A model generated the notes under the pieces. It was not told the DNA's origin and ran no database searches. It saw nothing but the letters and a program-made list of their open reading frames with translations. A stretch of 64,000 nucleotides of DNA, taken from assembly GCA_023449275.1 (NCBI GenBank), contig JAEXJM010000057.1, positions 89 through 64,088 of the forward strand, in the 5' to 3' direction. Positions 25,624 through 37,495 of this stretch are shown in pieces (the first letter of the stretch is position 1; every line of letters begins with the position of its first letter). Both the position numbers and the translations under genes were made by a program. Origin of the DNA: Pseudomonadota bacterium (lineage in GTDB: Bacteria; Pseudomonadota; Gammaproteobacteria; Burkholderiales; Burkholderiaceae_D).

Positions 25624-26373
25624 TTAATCCTGCCGGATCTTCATGATGCGCTGGCGACGGGCTTCATACAGGCAAATGCCAGACGCGACCGAAATATTCA
25701 GACTTTCAACCGAACCGAACATCGGAATGGCCACCAGCTGATCGCAATTTTCACGGGTCAGGCGGCGGATGCCCTCACCTTCCGATCCCATTACGAAAGC
25801 GACACCACCGGAATAGTCGGGCTCATACAGGCTCTCTTCCGCGTCGTCCGTCGTGCCGATGACCCAGATGTCCCGCTCCTGCAACTGGCGAATCGTTCTC
25901 GCCAGATTCGTCACCGTGATGTATGGCACGGTTTCAGCGGCACCACTCGCCACTTTCTGCACAGTCGCCTTGATACCGACAGCCCGATCTTTCGGGGCAA
26001 TCACGGCATGCGCACCGACACTGTCAGCCACACGCAGGCAGGCGCCCAGATTATGCGGATCGGTAATGCCATCCAGAACGAGCAGCAAAGGTGCCCCTTC
26101 GATCGCATCCAGCAATTCATCCAGATTGCGGGCCAGCGAAACCGGTGCTGCCAGCGCGACAACTCCCTGATGGCGACGTGTACCGACCATCTTGTCCAGG
26201 CGGGCTCCATCGGCCTGAATGACTCGGATACCGGCGGCCCTGGCAACCTTGAGCAGCTCCTGCATCCGGCGATCGGAACGCTCGGCATCAACGTAGATTT
26301 CTTCAACGGAAGAGGCTTCGTGACGCAGGCGCGACGTGACGGCATGAAAGCCGAAAATAACTTTGTTTTTCAT
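25624..26373 (-). CDS. rlmB: 23S rRNA (Gm2251) 2'-O-methyltransferase
   Basis: [47 protein letters not shown]; follows rnr. Confidence 0.96.
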   Translation of the reverse strand: MKNKVIFGFHAVTSRLRHEASSVEEIYVDAERSDRRMQELLKVARAAGIRVIQADGARLDKMVGTRRHQGVVALAAPVSLARNLDELLDAIEGAPLLLVLDGITDPHNLGACLRVADSVGAHAVIAPKDRAVGIKATVQKVASGAAETVPYITVTNLARTIRQLQERDIWVIGTTDDAEESLYEPDYSGGVAFVMGSEGEGIRRLTRENCDQLVAIPMFGSVESLNISVASGICLYEARRQRIMKIRQD

Positions 26374-26404
26374 TTTTTCTTTCTGCAAACTCTGCAATAA
26401 ACAT

Positions 26405-28792
26405 TCAGCGCGGTTTCCGTCTTTTCGGAACGGAACGGCCTTCAACCGTGGCATCCTTGTCGGTCAACGTCGCGATATTCCGCTTCTTGTACCGGTCGAA
26501 AATGACGTGCTGTGCCGGATCGGTTTTCACGGTTTCGCCATCCTTTTTGTCAGAAGCCTTAAACGGCCCGTCAATCAGGCGCAAGTCGATCTGGCGTGCA
26601 TCCATATCGACCCGACTGACCTGAACGACCACCCTGTCCGTCAACTGGTAACGGACACCGGAATTCTCACCTTTCAGTTCATGGCGGACTTCATCGAAAT
26701 GATAGTAATCATGGCCCAGTTCGCCAATATGCACCAGCCCTTCGATGAAGAGGTCGTCCAGCTGAACGAAGATACCGAAGCCGGTCACACCCGAAATCGT
26801 GCCCGTGAAATGTTCACCCAGCTTGTCGCGGATGAAATAACACTTCAGCCATGCCTCGACATCACGTGAGGCATCGTCCGCCCGTCGTTCGTTGGCGGAA
26901 CAATGCAAACCGAGTGCTGTCCAGATCGCCACTTCAGCACTTTCTTTCCTGTTGCCCTTGCCTTTTTCCATGGAAAGCATCTGTTTGCGGATCGAACTTG
27001 GCACATTCGTATTCAACAGACGCTTGTCGATACCGGTCGGCACATAGCGCTTGTCCTGCAACAGGGCCTTGATGACCCGATGTGTCAACAAATCGGGATA
27101 ACGCCGGATCGGGCTGGTGAAATGGGTGTATGCCTCATAAGCCAGACCGAAATGGCCGATATTGTCCGGACTGTACATCGCCTGCTGCATCGAACGCAAA
27201 AGCATGGTCTGCAACAAAGGCGCATCGGGACGCTCGTCAATCTGTTTGATCAGTACGGCATAATCCGAAGGCTGCGGAGAATCGCCACCGTTCAAGGACA
27301 GGCCCAGCTGCGCCAGGAACGACCTTACCTGTTCGAGTTTCTGCTCGTTCGGCTGCGCATGTACGCGATACGTTCCGGGATGATGGTGCGTGGTGATGAA
27401 ATCCGCTGCACAAACGTTGGCAACCAGCATACATTCCTCAATCAGCTTGTGCGCATCGTTGCGGACACGCGGCAGGATTTTCTCGATCTTGCCTGCGGCG
27501 TTGCTGACGATATACGTTTCAACCGTTTCGAAATCGATCGCCCCGCGCTCTTCACGCGCTTTTGCCAGAACCTTATACAGGCCATACAAATCCAGCAAAT
27601 GAGGCACAAGGCTGGAATAAATGATCGCTTCCGGTCCCTTCTGGCTCTTCAGGATCGCCGCCACCTCCGTGTAGGTCAGGCGCGCTGCCGAGTGCATCAC
27701 ACCCGGATAGAACTGGTACGCCTCGACTTTTCCATTCGGATAGACCAGCGCATCGCATACCAGCACCAGTCTGTCCACACCGGGATTCAGCGAACACAGG
27801 CCATTCGAGAGTTTTTCAGGCAACATCGGGATAACCCTGCGCGGAAAATATACCGAAGTCGCCCGCAACAACGCATCCGAATCGATCGGCTCGTTAGGCT
27901 TCACATAATGACTGACGTCGGCAATCGCGACAATCAGGCGATACGCCGTTTCATCGCCGATCTTGACCGGTTCACAATAAACAGCATCATCAAAGTCCCG
28001 TGCGTCTTCACCATCGATCGTGACCAATGGCACATCCCGCAAATCGACGCGCCCCTCATAATCTTCCGGCAAAACCGTATCGGACAGACGGGCAGCCGCA
28101 TCCATGCAGGCTTTCGAGAATACATGGGGCAGCCCGAATTTCCGGACGGCGATTTCGATTTCAATGCCCGGATCGTCGATATTGCCGACCACTTCGACAA
28201 TACGCGCGACCGGCTGTGAATAGCGGGATGGCTGTGTAATCAGTTCCGCATTGACGATTTGCCCTGCCCTGGCATTGCCGGGAGAGCCTTCTACCAGAAT
28301 GTCATGAACGATGCGCTTGTCTTCCGGTGCGATCAGCCAGACCCCGTTTTCATTGATCAGGCGACCGACGATATGCGTATGTGCCCGGCTCAGGACCGAC
28401 ACGATGACGCCTTCCGGACGTCCCCGCTTGTCGATATTGACCACCCTCACCTGCACCCGGTCGTTATGCATGACCTTGTGCATCTCGTTTTCAGACAGGA
28501 AAATATCGTCACCACCTTCTTCGGGAATGACGAAACCATAGCCGTCAGGATGGCTGTGAACATAGCCGGTAATAAAATGGGTCGACTTGTCAACCTTGTA
28601 ATTCCCTCTGGAATCACACATCAGCTGACCGTCACGCTCCATCGCGTCAAGCCTTTTCAGCAAACCGTCCATTTCGGTTCGCTTGACATGCAGCTCACGC
28701 CCGATGGCCCTGGCATTGCAGCCCTTTGGCGCTTCGCGCACGGTTTCAAGGATTTCTTCCCTGCTGGGAATGGGATAAGGATATTTTTTCAA
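26405..28792 (-). CDS. rnr: Ribonuclease R
   Basis: [44 protein letters not shown]-terminal S1 domain; TTG start. Confidence 0.97.
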   Translation of the reverse strand: MKKYPYPIPSREEILETVREAPKGCNARAIGRELHVKRTEMDGLLKRLDAMERDGQLMCDSRGNYKVDKSTHFITGYVHSHPDGYGFVIPEEGGDDIFLSENEMHKVMHNDRVQVRVVNIDKRGRPEGVIVSVLSRAHTHIVGRLINENGVWLIAPEDKRIVHDILVEGSPGNARAGQIVNAELITQPSRYSQPVARIVEVVGNIDDPGIEIEIAVRKFGLPHVFSKACMDAAARLSDTVLPEDYEGRVDLRDVPLVTIDGEDARDFDDAVYCEPVKIGDETAYRLIVAIADVSHYVKPNEPIDSDALLRATSVYFPRRVIPMLPEKLSNGLCSLNPGVDRLVLVCDALVYPNGKVEAYQFYPGVMHSAARLTYTEVAAILKSQKGPEAIIYSSLVPHLLDLYGLYKVLAKAREERGAIDFETVETYIVSNAAGKIEKILPRVRNDAHKLIEECMLVANVCAADFITTHHHPGTYRVHAQPNEQKLEQVRSFLAQLGLSLNGGDSPQPSDYAVLIKQIDERPDAPLLQTMLLRSMQQAMYSPDNIGHFGLAYEAYTHFTSPIRRYPDLLTHRVIKALLQDKRYVPTGIDKRLLNTNVPSSIRKQMLSMEKGKGNRKESAEVAIWTALGLHCSANERRADDASRDVEAWLKCYFIRDKLGEHFTGTISGVTGFGIFVQLDDLFIEGLVHIGELGHDYYHFDEVRHELKGENSGVRYQLTDRVVVQVSRVDMDARQIDLRLIDGPFKASDKKDGETVKTDPAQHVIFDRYKKRNIATLTDKDATVEGRSVPKRRKPR

Positions 28793-28873
28793 ATGAATTC
28801 TTAATAAAAATGTTGGATAAGCGACATTTTAACAACTTCATCATGCTTTTTTTCAACAGATCAGGCAAGATGA

Positions 28874-28901
28874 TTGACATGTTTTTATATCACGCTATAA
28901 T
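28874..28901 (+). promoter_or_regulatory. sigma70 promoter for tRNA-Leu
   Basis: Perfect consensus TTGACA-N16-TATAAT about 95 nt upstream of the tRNA. Confidence 0.8.
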
Positions 28902-28994
28902 TTCAGTCTTGCATTTGTGAACAAACAAAAACCGGCAGTAATTTTTCACTGTTCAGTTTTCAGGAATGCAAATATAATATCAGATGTACAGATT

Positions 28995-29079
28995 GCCCAC
29001 GTGGCGGAATTGGTAGACGCGCATGGTTCAGGTCCATGTGCCGCGAGGTGTGGGGGTTCAAATCCCTCCGTGGGCACCA
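28995..29079 (+). tRNA. tRNA-Leu (anticodon CAG)
   Basis: 85 nt; acceptor GCCCACG/CGTGGGC-ACCA; D-loop GGAATTGGTAGAC; anticodon arm CATGG-TTCAGGT-CCATG; long variable arm; T-loop GGTTCAAATCC. Confidence 0.97.
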
Positions 29080-29100
29080 TCACCGCAAAAAATAAAGCAG

Positions 29101-29135
29101 AAAGCCTTGAAAACATCGAATTTCAGGGCTTTTTT
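29101..29135 (+). terminator. Terminator after tRNA-Leu
   Basis: AAAGCCTTGAAA-ACATCGAA-TTTCAGGGCTTTTTT. Confidence 0.7.
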
Positions 29136-29369
29136 GTCGTTATCTTGACGCGAGTGCCATTCATCGGACTGAACACCGATACTTCCTGCTGCCAGCGCCT
29201 TATATCCAAAACATGCCAAGCCAGCCATACCAACAGGAAAACTTGCTTGCCATACCTGTTTTTATCGGCCTACCCCTTTTGGAAAATATTTTTCATCATG
29301 CATCCGACTTTTGAAATGAAACCGTCGCAAATACGCGATCCTGTTATCCGCATTCCGACAGGAGACTCT

Positions 29370-29587
29370 ATGAAAAAGTGACCTGTTGCCTTTATGTATC
29401 GTGATTCGCAATGGGTGCCCTCCATGCCCGGACATCCCGTACCGGTCGCCGTAAAACCAGAGCTGTCGGCAAAGACGGCAAATCTCTGTACGGCATAATC
29501 CAAGCCGTTTCCATCAAGAAATGCGAACAGGGCAGGGAAAACAAAAACCGGTCAGGAATCATGCGCCGGAAAAAATGGACAGGATAA
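29370..29587 (+). pseudogene. Decayed small secreted protein gene (resembles the KAVxKxGKPLxGAAKxSxxKKCE family)
   Basis: Strong SD GGAGA plus ATG AAA AAG TGA at 29370; signal-peptide-like fragments in shifted frames (LLPLCIVI / AMGALHA); frame 29411-29587 contains TRAVGKDGKSLYGIIQAVSIKKCEQG. Confidence 0.45.
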
Positions 29588-29817
29588 TCCCGCTCATTTT
29601 TATGCATGCCAATATTTCACTTCACTCCAGAAACGGGAATAACATTATGGCATGAGCCGGAATTGAAAACTGCCGTGCCTTTTTCCCACTATCACATGTT
29701 TTTTCATCCATGTAGTGTATCAATGTGATTTAATATTCACCTTTTTAGAGGGTTTTATACGTTCCCTGAACGGAATTGCCCGTTTCCTGACCGACCTGAT
29801 CTGAAAGAATCGCCACC

Positions 29818-31209
29818 ATGACCGCCGTCATGTCCTTTTGCGCCATTTGTGTCCTCCTTGTTCTGGGAATTGTCGTCCGTTCCAGTTTCCCGATTTTCCA
29901 GCGCCTGTTCATCCCTTCTTCCGTTATCGGTGGCTTCCTCGGCCTGATTGTCATTTCGACGCTGGGACATTACCTGTCACCGGACTGGTTTGTCGCTTTC
30001 GGACAACTGCCGGGATTTCTGATCAATATCGTTTTCGCCGGCCTGTTTCTCGGTGCAGCTCCGACTCCGCTGAAGAAAATCTGGCATCTGGCCGCACCGC
30101 AATTCTGTTTCGGGCAAATCAATGCCTGGGGGCAATACGTCATCGGTCTCGGACTGGTTTTCGTTTTTCTCGGACCCGTTTTCGGTGTTCCGGAAGTTTT
30201 CGGCAATCTGCTTGAAATCGGGTTTCAGGGTGGACATGGTACGGTCGGAGGACTGTCGGATACCTTTCACAAGCTCGGTTGGCCTGCCGGTGCCGACCTG
30301 GGCTATACGGTGGCGACCTGCGGCATCGTCTTTGGTATTGTCATCGGTATGGTGCTGATCAACATTGCCGTGCGCAAGGGATACGTTTCCGGTGTCAGGA
30401 CGTTCGACGACAAGGACAAGCTCGAGAGAGTGGGTGTTTACAAACCGGGGGAACAGCCAGAGGCGGGACGTCAGACAGTTCATGCAGATTCACTGGATTC
30501 TCTGGCACTCCATATTTCACTGGTCGGGCTTGCCGTTCTGGCCGGTTACGGAATCAAGGAACTGCTGATACTGGCAGAAACGGTCACACCTGCATCGGTT
30601 CGGGAAATGGGTATCATGGAAAGCCTGCCGCTGTTCCCGCTTTGTATGATAGGCGGCGTTCTGCTCCAGATTTTCCTGCGCAAGACAAGGCTTGACTACA
30701 TTGCCGATCGGGAACAGATGCAACGTATCTGTGGAGCCGCACTGGACTTTCTGGTGGTGGCAGCGATTGCCACCATCCGGCTGGAATTCGTTCTTGCCTA
30801 CTGGATACCGCTTTCCATTCTTGTGCTGGTCGGAGCGGCATGGAATGTTTTCACGGTCATGTACATCGGCCCCCGCATTTTCGATGAAGCCTGGTTCGAA
30901 CGTTCCATTGCGGAATTCGGACAATCTACCGGTGTCACAGCGACAGGACTCATGCTTTTGCGTACGGTCGATCCTGAAAGCAAAACGGTGGCAACGGAAG
31001 CATTCGGTTACAAGCAGCTTCTTCATGAACCGATTATGGGAGGCGGTCTGTGGACATCGCTCGCCGTACCGCTCGTCATGTTCGGGAAAGGATTCGCCGT
31101 ATGGCTTTTCTGTCTGGGTATACTGCTGGTCGCCGTATGTTGCTGGCTGAAATTCTTCAGGATATCGTCCGGAACCCGACCACAGGCAAACACCCGGATT
31201 CAGAAATAA
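29818..31209 (+). CDS. Sodium:glutamate symporter family (GltS/ESS) transporter
   Basis: 463 aa, very hydrophobic; LFIPSSVIGG, EIGFQGGHGT, PLFPL, FGQSTGVTATGLMLLRTVDP motifs. Confidence 0.85.
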   Translation: MTAVMSFCAICVLLVLGIVVRSSFPIFQRLFIPSSVIGGFLGLIVISTLGHYLSPDWFVAFGQLPGFLINIVFAGLFLGAAPTPLKKIWHLAAPQFCFGQINAWGQYVIGLGLVFVFLGPVFGVPEVFGNLLEIGFQGGHGTVGGLSDTFHKLGWPAGADLGYTVATCGIVFGIVIGMVLINIAVRKGYVSGVRTFDDKDKLERVGVYKPGEQPEAGRQTVHADSLDSLALHISLVGLAVLAGYGIKELLILAETVTPASVREMGIMESLPLFPLCMIGGVLLQIFLRKTRLDYIADREQMQRICGAALDFLVVAAIATIRLEFVLAYWIPLSILVLVGAAWNVFTVMYIGPRIFDEAWFERSIAEFGQSTGVTATGLMLLRTVDPESKTVATEAFGYKQLLHEPIMGGGLWTSLAVPLVMFGKGFAVWLFCLGILLVAVCCWLKFFRISSGTRPQANTRIQK

Positions 31210-31242
31210 TCCGCTTTTGCTGAACGACGGGATTCCCGTTGT

Positions 31243-32388
31243 TCAATTTTCCCTGTCCCCATGGATGAACGGAGCTTCCCACCAGTGGGAAAAAACCTGT
31301 CCTCTCTCATTCAGATCGACAGGCTCGCCGATTTCCGGAGTCAATAACCGGTACGCTTTGCCGTGTGAAGCCTCTGCCAACCGGACAAACGGCTCGTCCC
31401 ATGCATGGTTCGCCATGGCGAATTTGCCGGAATGGGCCGGAAGAACGGCTTTCGCGCCCAGATCGACGGCAGCCTGTGCCGTTTCTTCCGGCATCATATG
31501 AATCAGCGCCCAGCGTTTATCGTATTGTCCATCTTCCAGCACCGCCAGATCGAAACTGCCGAAACGTTTGCCGATTTCGGCAAAGTGCGGCCCGTAGCCG
31601 GAATCACCACTGAAGAACAGCCTTTTGCCGCCAGCCTCGAGCACGAACGAGACCCAAAGCGTTTTGTCACGGGTCAGACTGCGTCCGGAGAAATGACGGG
31701 CAGGAAGGACATGTATATCCAGCCCATCCGCCTGCTTCAATTCCGTATTCCAGTCCGCTTCCTGTATTGTGGATGCCGGATATCCCCAGTATTCCAGATG
31801 TGAACCGACTCCAAGCCCTGTTATGACTTTTTTGACACGCCATTTCAGGGCCCTGACGGTATCGTAGTCCAGATGATCCCAATGATCATGGGTAATCAGC
31901 AGATAATCGATGTCCGGGATATCTGAAGGCCTGTAGAAGGTCGTTCCCGCAAATGCCCTGTTGAACAGGAAAAAGGGACTGGCATACGAACTCAGGACAG
32001 GATCGATCAGGATACGCTTTCCGGCAAGCTGCACGTAATAGGAGGAGTGTCCGAGCCAGACGACAATATCCTTTTTTTCCTCCAGCGTATGCAAATCGGT
32101 TTTGACCGATGGAACCATACCTTTCGGAACCAGCCTCTCTTTCGATGTGACAAGCCCCTTCAGGAGAACGGCAATCACGGAATCATCACTGGTGAAGAGA
32201 GGCGTTTCAAGCTGGTTCATGAATTTGCCATCGACATAATTCCCTGACTGGCGGATCCTCTCCAGACGTGTACCTTCCGGATTTTTCCCGAAACGGGTCT
32301 GGTACAGAAAGGCGAACACAGCTGAAAAGAGGACGATGAGAATCAATAAAACAAGGCTGGCGATCATTTTTTTCCGGCTGATTTTCAT
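31243..32388 (-). CDS. MBL-fold metallo-hydrolase (RomA / NAPE-PLD-like) with N-terminal membrane anchor
   Basis: [52 protein letters not shown]. Confidence 0.88.
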   Translation of the reverse strand: MKISRKKMIASLVLLILIVLFSAVFAFLYQTRFGKNPEGTRLERIRQSGNYVDGKFMNQLETPLFTSDDSVIAVLLKGLVTSKERLVPKGMVPSVKTDLHTLEEKKDIVVWLGHSSYYVQLAGKRILIDPVLSSYASPFFLFNRAFAGTTFYRPSDIPDIDYLLITHDHWDHLDYDTVRALKWRVKKVITGLGVGSHLEYWGYPASTIQEADWNTELKQADGLDIHVLPARHFSGRSLTRDKTLWVSFVLEAGGKRLFFSGDSGYGPHFAEIGKRFGSFDLAVLEDGQYDKRWALIHMMPEETAQAAVDLGAKAVLPAHSGKFAMANHAWDEPFVRLAEASHGKAYRLLTPEIGEPVDLNERGQVFSHWWEAPFIHGDREN

Positions 32389-32718
32389 GTTCTGCTTTTG
32401 GTGAATGATAATGGCGCCAATTCTGGAATGGCCGCCCCTGAAATCCTCAAATCAAATTCGCGATGCCTTTTGCCTGTCCCTACCGGCACGATGCATTCCG
32501 GCATCCATCATAAATCCGGACAGACATCAACAAAACACCGTTTTCTCTTCATTGATTGCCTGATTCTCCCGCTCCGGACACTGACTTCACTCTGCCCTGA
32601 AAAACCGCCCTTTCCTGTTCCGGCAAACCCCCTGATGTTTTTTTCCCCATCAAATCCAAGTAAAATGACGCACACTTTGGTGTTTCCTTTTTTCCATTAT
32701 CCTAACCATCGCTCTTTT

Positions 32719-33447
32719 ATGTCAGACCAACCCGTTTCACACAAATCCGGCAAACCCATGTTTTTCAATCCCGAAGTCCGCCGTATCCGGAGTTTTGTCA
32801 CACGTGCCGGACGACTTTCGACCGGACAGGAAAAAGCGATCAGAGAATATGGCGATACCTTCTGCATCCCTTATGAAAAGCGGATACTGGATTACCGGGA
32901 AGTGTTCGGCCGGGAAGCCAAAACGATTTTCGAAATCGGCTTCGGTATGGGGGAAACGACGGCGACGATTGCCGAAAGCAAGCCGGATACCGACTTCATC
33001 GGTGTGGAAGTACACACTCCTGGCATAGGCAGCCTGTTGAAACTGATCGGCGAAAAAAACCTTTCCAATGTCCGTATCATCCAGCATGACGCTGTTGAAG
33101 TCCTTGAAGACATGATCGCCGAAAACTCACTGGACGGGGTACACGTCTTTTTCCCCGATCCCTGGCACAAGGCTCGACATAACAAGCGCCGCCTGATCCA
33201 GCCCGAATTCGTCAAATTCCTCTGCACACGCCTCAAGGCTGGCGGTTATTTGCATTGCGCGACAGACTGGCAGGAATATGCCGTACAGATGCTGGAAGTG
33301 CTGTCAGGTGAGCAAGCACTCATTAACACAGCGGCAGATTATGCCGAACGCCCCGATTACCGTCCCGTCACCAAGTTCGAAAACCGTGGTCTCCGGCTCG
33401 GGCATGGTGTCTGGGATCTCGTTTTCCAGAAACGTGTTTCGGAATAA
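32719..33447 (+). CDS. trmB: tRNA (guanine-N7) methyltransferase
   Basis: [52 protein letters not shown]. Confidence 0.97.
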   Translation: MSDQPVSHKSGKPMFFNPEVRRIRSFVTRAGRLSTGQEKAIREYGDTFCIPYEKRILDYREVFGREAKTIFEIGFGMGETTATIAESKPDTDFIGVEVHTPGIGSLLKLIGEKNLSNVRIIQHDAVEVLEDMIAENSLDGVHVFFPDPWHKARHNKRRLIQPEFVKFLCTRLKAGGYLHCATDWQEYAVQMLEVLSGEQALINTAADYAERPDYRPVTKFENRGLRLGHGVWDLVFQKRVSE

Positions 33448-33460
33448 AATGAATGCAGAA

Positions 33461-33495
33461 CAAAAAAGCCTGAATCTTCAATTCAGGCTTTTTTG
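33461..33495. terminator. Bidirectional terminator
   Basis: CAAAAAAGCCTGAAT-CTTCA-ATTCAGGCTTTTTTG between convergent genes. Confidence 0.85.
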
Positions 33496-33508
33496 TCAGA
33501 CGGATATC

Positions 33509-34489
33509 TCAAATGACTTGCAGGACGATTTTCCCGAAGTGCGTGTTCGACTGCATCAGCTTCTGTGCCTGCATCGCTTCCTCCAGAGGGAACACCTTGT
33601 AAATGACCGGCTTGATCTTGCCTTCATCGATCAGCGGCCAGATATGTTTCTGGAGGTTTCTGGCAATGTCTGCCTTGAATTCGTTCGAACGTGGGCGCAG
33701 GGTCGAACCGGTAACCATCAACTGCCTGTGAACGATCTGTGCCAGATCGACGGTACCCAGACGGCCACCCAGATAAGCGATCAGGACCAGACGCCCTTCA
33801 TCGGCCAGACAGTCGATTTCCTTGTCCAGAACGGCGGCACCGATGATGTCCAGAATGACGTCGACCCCCTTGTCATTCGTCGCGACCTTGATGTATTCGG
33901 CAAAATTTTCCGTCGTGGAGTTGATGCAGCGTTCGGCTCCCAGTTTTTCACAGGCACGGCACTTGTCTTCCGTTCTTGCCGTTGCAAAAACGCGATGTCC
34001 CATCGCCTTGGCCATCTGGATGGCCGTCACGCCGATACCGGATGCACCTGCCTGTATCAGAAGGGTTTCATTGCCCTTCAGGCGACCCAGATCGAAAACG
34101 TTGCTCCATACCGTGAATGAGGTTTCCGGCAATGAAGCGGCTTCGACAGGCGTCAGTCCCTTCGGGATCGGCAGGCACAAATTGACCGGGGCGGTACAAT
34201 ATTCGGCATAGCCACCGCCCTGAACGAGGGCACAGACCATATCACCGAATTTGAACTGGCTGCCTTCGACATCACCGCCGATGATTTCACCGGCGATTTC
34301 CAGTCCCGGAATGTCCGGAGCCCCCTTCGGCACGACATACCGTCCGATTCTCTGCAACACGTCAGGCCGGTTGATACCCGCGGCATGAACCCTGACCAGC
34401 ACTTCTCCCTTTTTGGGAACCGGAATTTCCCTGTCGGCCAACTCGAGATAACCGGCAGAGCCCTTGTTGATGATTTCTATTGCTTTCAT
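33509..34489 (-). CDS. NAD(P)H-quinone oxidoreductase, PIG3/zeta-crystallin (MDR) family
   Basis: AAGINRPDVLQR, PGLEIAG, GGGYAEY, ASLPET..TVWSNVF, GASGIG, GSTLRPR, HFGKIVL. Confidence 0.92.
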   Translation of the reverse strand: MKAIEIINKGSAGYLELADREIPVPKKGEVLVRVHAAGINRPDVLQRIGRYVVPKGAPDIPGLEIAGEIIGGDVEGSQFKFGDMVCALVQGGGYAEYCTAPVNLCLPIPKGLTPVEAASLPETSFTVWSNVFDLGRLKGNETLLIQAGASGIGVTAIQMAKAMGHRVFATARTEDKCRACEKLGAERCINSTTENFAEYIKVATNDKGVDVILDIIGAAVLDKEIDCLADEGRLVLIAYLGGRLGTVDLAQIVHRQLMVTGSTLRPRSNEFKADIARNLQKHIWPLIDEGKIKPVIYKVFPLEEAMQAQKLMQSNTHFGKIVLQVI

Positions 34490-34664
34490 ACGTGCATCCC
34501 CCTGCTAAAACGGGTTTAAAAGGGAACTGTTCTGGAAGCGGGCAGGACTTTGTACGTCATACCGCATATCGCCGGCATGATAAGGCCGACCTTTCCATAG
34601 AGTCTTTTTAATATCATACCAATACCAGACAATCCGGCTTGTATCCGGATCATGCATTTCAAAC

Positions 34665-34702
34665 AAAAATCCTCCCGGACTGTTTGCCCAGGAGGATTGT
34701 TC
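34665..34702 (-). terminator. Terminator after pnp
   Basis: Minus strand AATCCTCCTGG-GCAAACAG-TCCGGGAGGATT-TTTG. Confidence 0.7.
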
Positions 34703-34743
34703 ATCAGCGTTCAGGCCTGTCATGAACAGGCTTTCCCAAACGC

Positions 34744-36882
34744 TTACTCTGCTTCAGGAGCTGGTGCTGGAGCAGGACTTTCTTCAGCGGCAGCCGCTTT
34801 CATCGACAGCTTGATACGGCCGCGGTCGTCTGTTTCGAGAACCTTGACGCGAACATGCTGGCCTTCTTCCAGATAATCGGTGACGGCATTGACGCGTTCA
34901 CTGGCGATCTGGCTGATGTGCAACAGGCCATCCTTGCCTGGCAATATCTGTACGATAGCGCCGAAGTCGAGCAGTTTCAAGACCGTGCCTTCATAAATCT
35001 TGCCGACTTCAACGGAAGCGGTCAGTTCCTCGATACGGCGTTTGGCTTCCTGTCCGGCAGCGGCATCAACCGATGCGATTGTGACGACACCGTCGTCGGT
35101 GATATCGATCTGGGCACCGGTTTCTTCAGTCAGTGCGCGGATGACAGCACCGCCCTTGCCGATGACGTCACGGATTTTTTCCGGATTGATTCGGATAGTG
35201 ATCAGGCGTGGAGCGAAGTCGGACAGTTCGGTTTTGAACTGTGGCATGGCTTCCTGCATCTTGCCGAGGATGTGCATACGACCCTCTTTGGCCTGAGCCA
35301 GTGCAACTTGCATGATTTCCTTGGTAATACCCTGAATCTTGATATCCATCTGCAAGGCGTTCACACCATTTGCAGTACCGGCCACCTTGAAGTCCATATC
35401 GCCGAGGTGGTCTTCATCACCGAGAATGTCGGTCAGGACAGCAAACTTGTTGCCTTCCTTGATGAGCCCCATGGCAATACCGGCAACGTGGTTCTTGACA
35501 GGTACACCTGCGTCCATCAATGCCAGGCTGCCACCGCAGACGGACGCCATCGAGGAAGAACCATTGGATTCCATGATTTCGGAAACCAGACGGATGGAAT
35601 AGCTGAACTCTTCCTGGGAAGGCAGGCAAGCGACCAGAGCACGTTTCGCCAGACGACCATGACCGATTTCACGGCGTTTCGGCGTACCGACACGACCGGT
35701 TTCGCCGGTAGCGAACGGAGGCATATTGTAATGCATCATGAATGCATCGCTGTATTCGCCCATCAGCGCGTCGATCTTCTGGTTGTCACGGGAAGTACCC
35801 AGTGTGGCAACGACCAGTGCCTGTGTTTCACCACGTGTGAACAGGGCGGAACCGTGCGTTCTCGGCAAAACACCGGTACGAATCGAGATAGGACGGACGG
35901 TACGGGTATCACGGCCGTCGATACGAGGTTCACCGTCCAGAATCTGCGAACGGACGATTCTGGCTTCCAGATCGAACATGATATTGCCGACTTCGACGGA
36001 ATCGGGAGCGGCTTCGCCTTTGGCTTCCGCTTCGGCAGCCAGCGTCTTGCTGACGTTATCGTAGATATGGCGCAGTTCGGCCGAACGTGCCTGTTTCTGA
36101 CGGATCTGGTAGGCCTTGCGCAATTCAGGTTCGGCGATTCTGGATACGGCAGCGATCAGTTCCTCGTTTTTCGGGGCAGGTGCCCATTCGACTTCAGGCT
36201 TGCCGCCGTCGCGAACAAGTTCATCAATCGCATCGATGACGACTTTCATCTGCTCATGGCCGAATACGACTGCGCCGAGCATGACATCTTCTGGCAATTC
36301 CTGTGCTTCGGACTCGACCATCAGGACAGCCTGTTCCGTACCGGCGACGACCAGATCCATCTTGGACAATGGCAACTGGGAAGCAATCGGGTTCAGGACA
36401 TACTGACCGTCGATATAACCGACGCGTGCAGCGCCGAGCGGGCCGTTGAAAGGAATGCCGGAAACACACAGGGCAGCGGAAGCGGCGATCATCGACGGAA
36501 TGTCCGGATCGACTTCCGGGTTGACGGACAGGACATGGATGATGACCTGAACTTCATTGAAATAGCCTTCCGGGAAAAGAGGACGGATAGGACGGTCGAT
36601 CAGGCGGGACGTCAGGGTTTCCTTTTCGGAAGGACGGCCTTCACGTTTGAAAAAGCTGCCCGGAATACGGCCGGCCGCATAGCTTTTCTCAATATAGTCA
36701 ACGGTCAGAGGGAAAAAATCCTGTCCCGGTTTGACGTCGTCTTTCGCGACGACGGTTGCCAGCACAACGGTATCGTCCATCGATACCATCACTGCACCGC
36801 TGGCCTGGCGCGCAATCTCACCTGTTTCAAGGGTCACTGTATGCTGACCGTACTGGAAGGTTTTGCTTACTTTATTGAACAT
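34744..36882 (-). CDS. pnp: Polyribonucleotide nucleotidyltransferase (PNPase)
   Basis: [52 protein letters not shown] and S1 domains. Confidence 0.99.
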   Translation of the reverse strand: MFNKVSKTFQYGQHTVTLETGEIARQASGAVMVSMDDTVVLATVVAKDDVKPGQDFFPLTVDYIEKSYAAGRIPGSFFKREGRPSEKETLTSRLIDRPIRPLFPEGYFNEVQVIIHVLSVNPEVDPDIPSMIAASAALCVSGIPFNGPLGAARVGYIDGQYVLNPIASQLPLSKMDLVVAGTEQAVLMVESEAQELPEDVMLGAVVFGHEQMKVVIDAIDELVRDGGKPEVEWAPAPKNEELIAAVSRIAEPELRKAYQIRQKQARSAELRHIYDNVSKTLAAEAEAKGEAAPDSVEVGNIMFDLEARIVRSQILDGEPRIDGRDTRTVRPISIRTGVLPRTHGSALFTRGETQALVVATLGTSRDNQKIDALMGEYSDAFMMHYNMPPFATGETGRVGTPKRREIGHGRLAKRALVACLPSQEEFSYSIRLVSEIMESNGSSSMASVCGGSLALMDAGVPVKNHVAGIAMGLIKEGNKFAVLTDILGDEDHLGDMDFKVAGTANGVNALQMDIKIQGITKEIMQVALAQAKEGRMHILGKMQEAMPQFKTELSDFAPRLITIRINPEKIRDVIGKGGAVIRALTEETGAQIDITDDGVVTIASVDAAAGQEAKRRIEELTASVEVGKIYEGTVLKLLDFGAIVQILPGKDGLLHISQIASERVNAVTDYLEEGQHVRVKVLETDDRGRIKLSMKAAAAEESPAPAPAPEAE

Positions 36883-37006
36883 GTAATTCCTTTCATTTAT
36901 GCCGACAGTATTTCAGGCGCTGTCGTTCACCTCATTTCGAACAATTAATACCTGCTCACCACTTTTTACTCTTTACTGCCGATTCCTTGCGACAAACGAC
37001 CATAAC

Positions 37007-37041
37007 GAAATGCCCGCGACAGATTCTGGCGCAGGCATTTC
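37007..37041 (-). terminator. Stem-loop between rpsO and pnp (terminator or processing stem)
   Basis: GAAATGCC...GGCATTTC with an inner imperfect GC stem, just downstream of rpsO. Confidence 0.55.
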
Positions 37042-37068
37042 ATAAAGTTTGCAAGACTCGCAACGCGA

Positions 37069-37338
37069 TTATTTTCTCAATCCGAGTTTTGCGATCAGAT
37101 CACGATAACGGTTGATATCTTTCTTGCGAAGATAAGCCAGCAGATTCTTGCGGCGGTTAACCATCATAATCAGACCCCGACGGGAATGATGATCCTTGGA
37201 ATGAGCCTTGAAATGGCCATTCAGATCGTTGATACGTGCGGTCAGCAAAGCGACCTGAACTTCCGGGGATCCGGTATCGTTTTGACTGCGTGCATTCGAC
37301 GATACGATCGCAGCCTTGTCTTCTTTAAGCAATGCCAT
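37069..37338 (-). CDS. rpsO: 30S ribosomal protein S15
   Basis: 89 aa; [27 protein letters not shown]. Confidence 0.99.
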   Translation of the reverse strand: MALLKEDKAAIVSSNARSQNDTGSPEVQVALLTARINDLNGHFKAHSKDHHSRRGLIMMVNRRKNLLAYLRKKDINRYRDLIAKLGLRK

Positions 37339-37426
37339 AATTAATTCCTAACATGCGGCATATGGAGAAATCACCCCAGGTGCCGTGAACAAATAAAATA
37401 AATACCGGTCTTACAACCGGTAGCGC

Positions 37427-37455
37427 AGTATAACGGAAAAGCGTTTTATGTACAA
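37427..37455 (-). promoter_or_regulatory. sigma70 promoter of rpsO-pnp
   Basis: Minus strand TTGTAC-N17-TATACT, about 85 nt upstream of rpsO. Confidence 0.65.
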
Positions 37456-37495
37456 TATGGATATTCAGGCAAACTCCACTTTCAGGGAAAACATC

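Noticed and set aside
28917..29381. 154-aa ORF spanning the tRNA
   Set aside because: Overlaps tRNA-Leu and its terminator; no protein-like features.
31243..32388. Metallo-beta-lactamase resistance gene
   Set aside because: The HxHxDH plus [14 protein letters not shown] motifs indicate the RomA/NAPE-PLD-like subfamily, not class B beta-lactamases.
28995..32718. Genomic island or prophage integrated at tRNA-Leu
   Set aside because: No integrase and no direct repeat of the tRNA 3' end (TTCAAATCCCTCCGTGGGCACCA) seen elsewhere in the window.
34855..36948. 697-aa ORF on the + strand
   Set aside because: Antisense shadow of pnp; no recognisable motifs, and expected from codon bias in a highly expressed gene.
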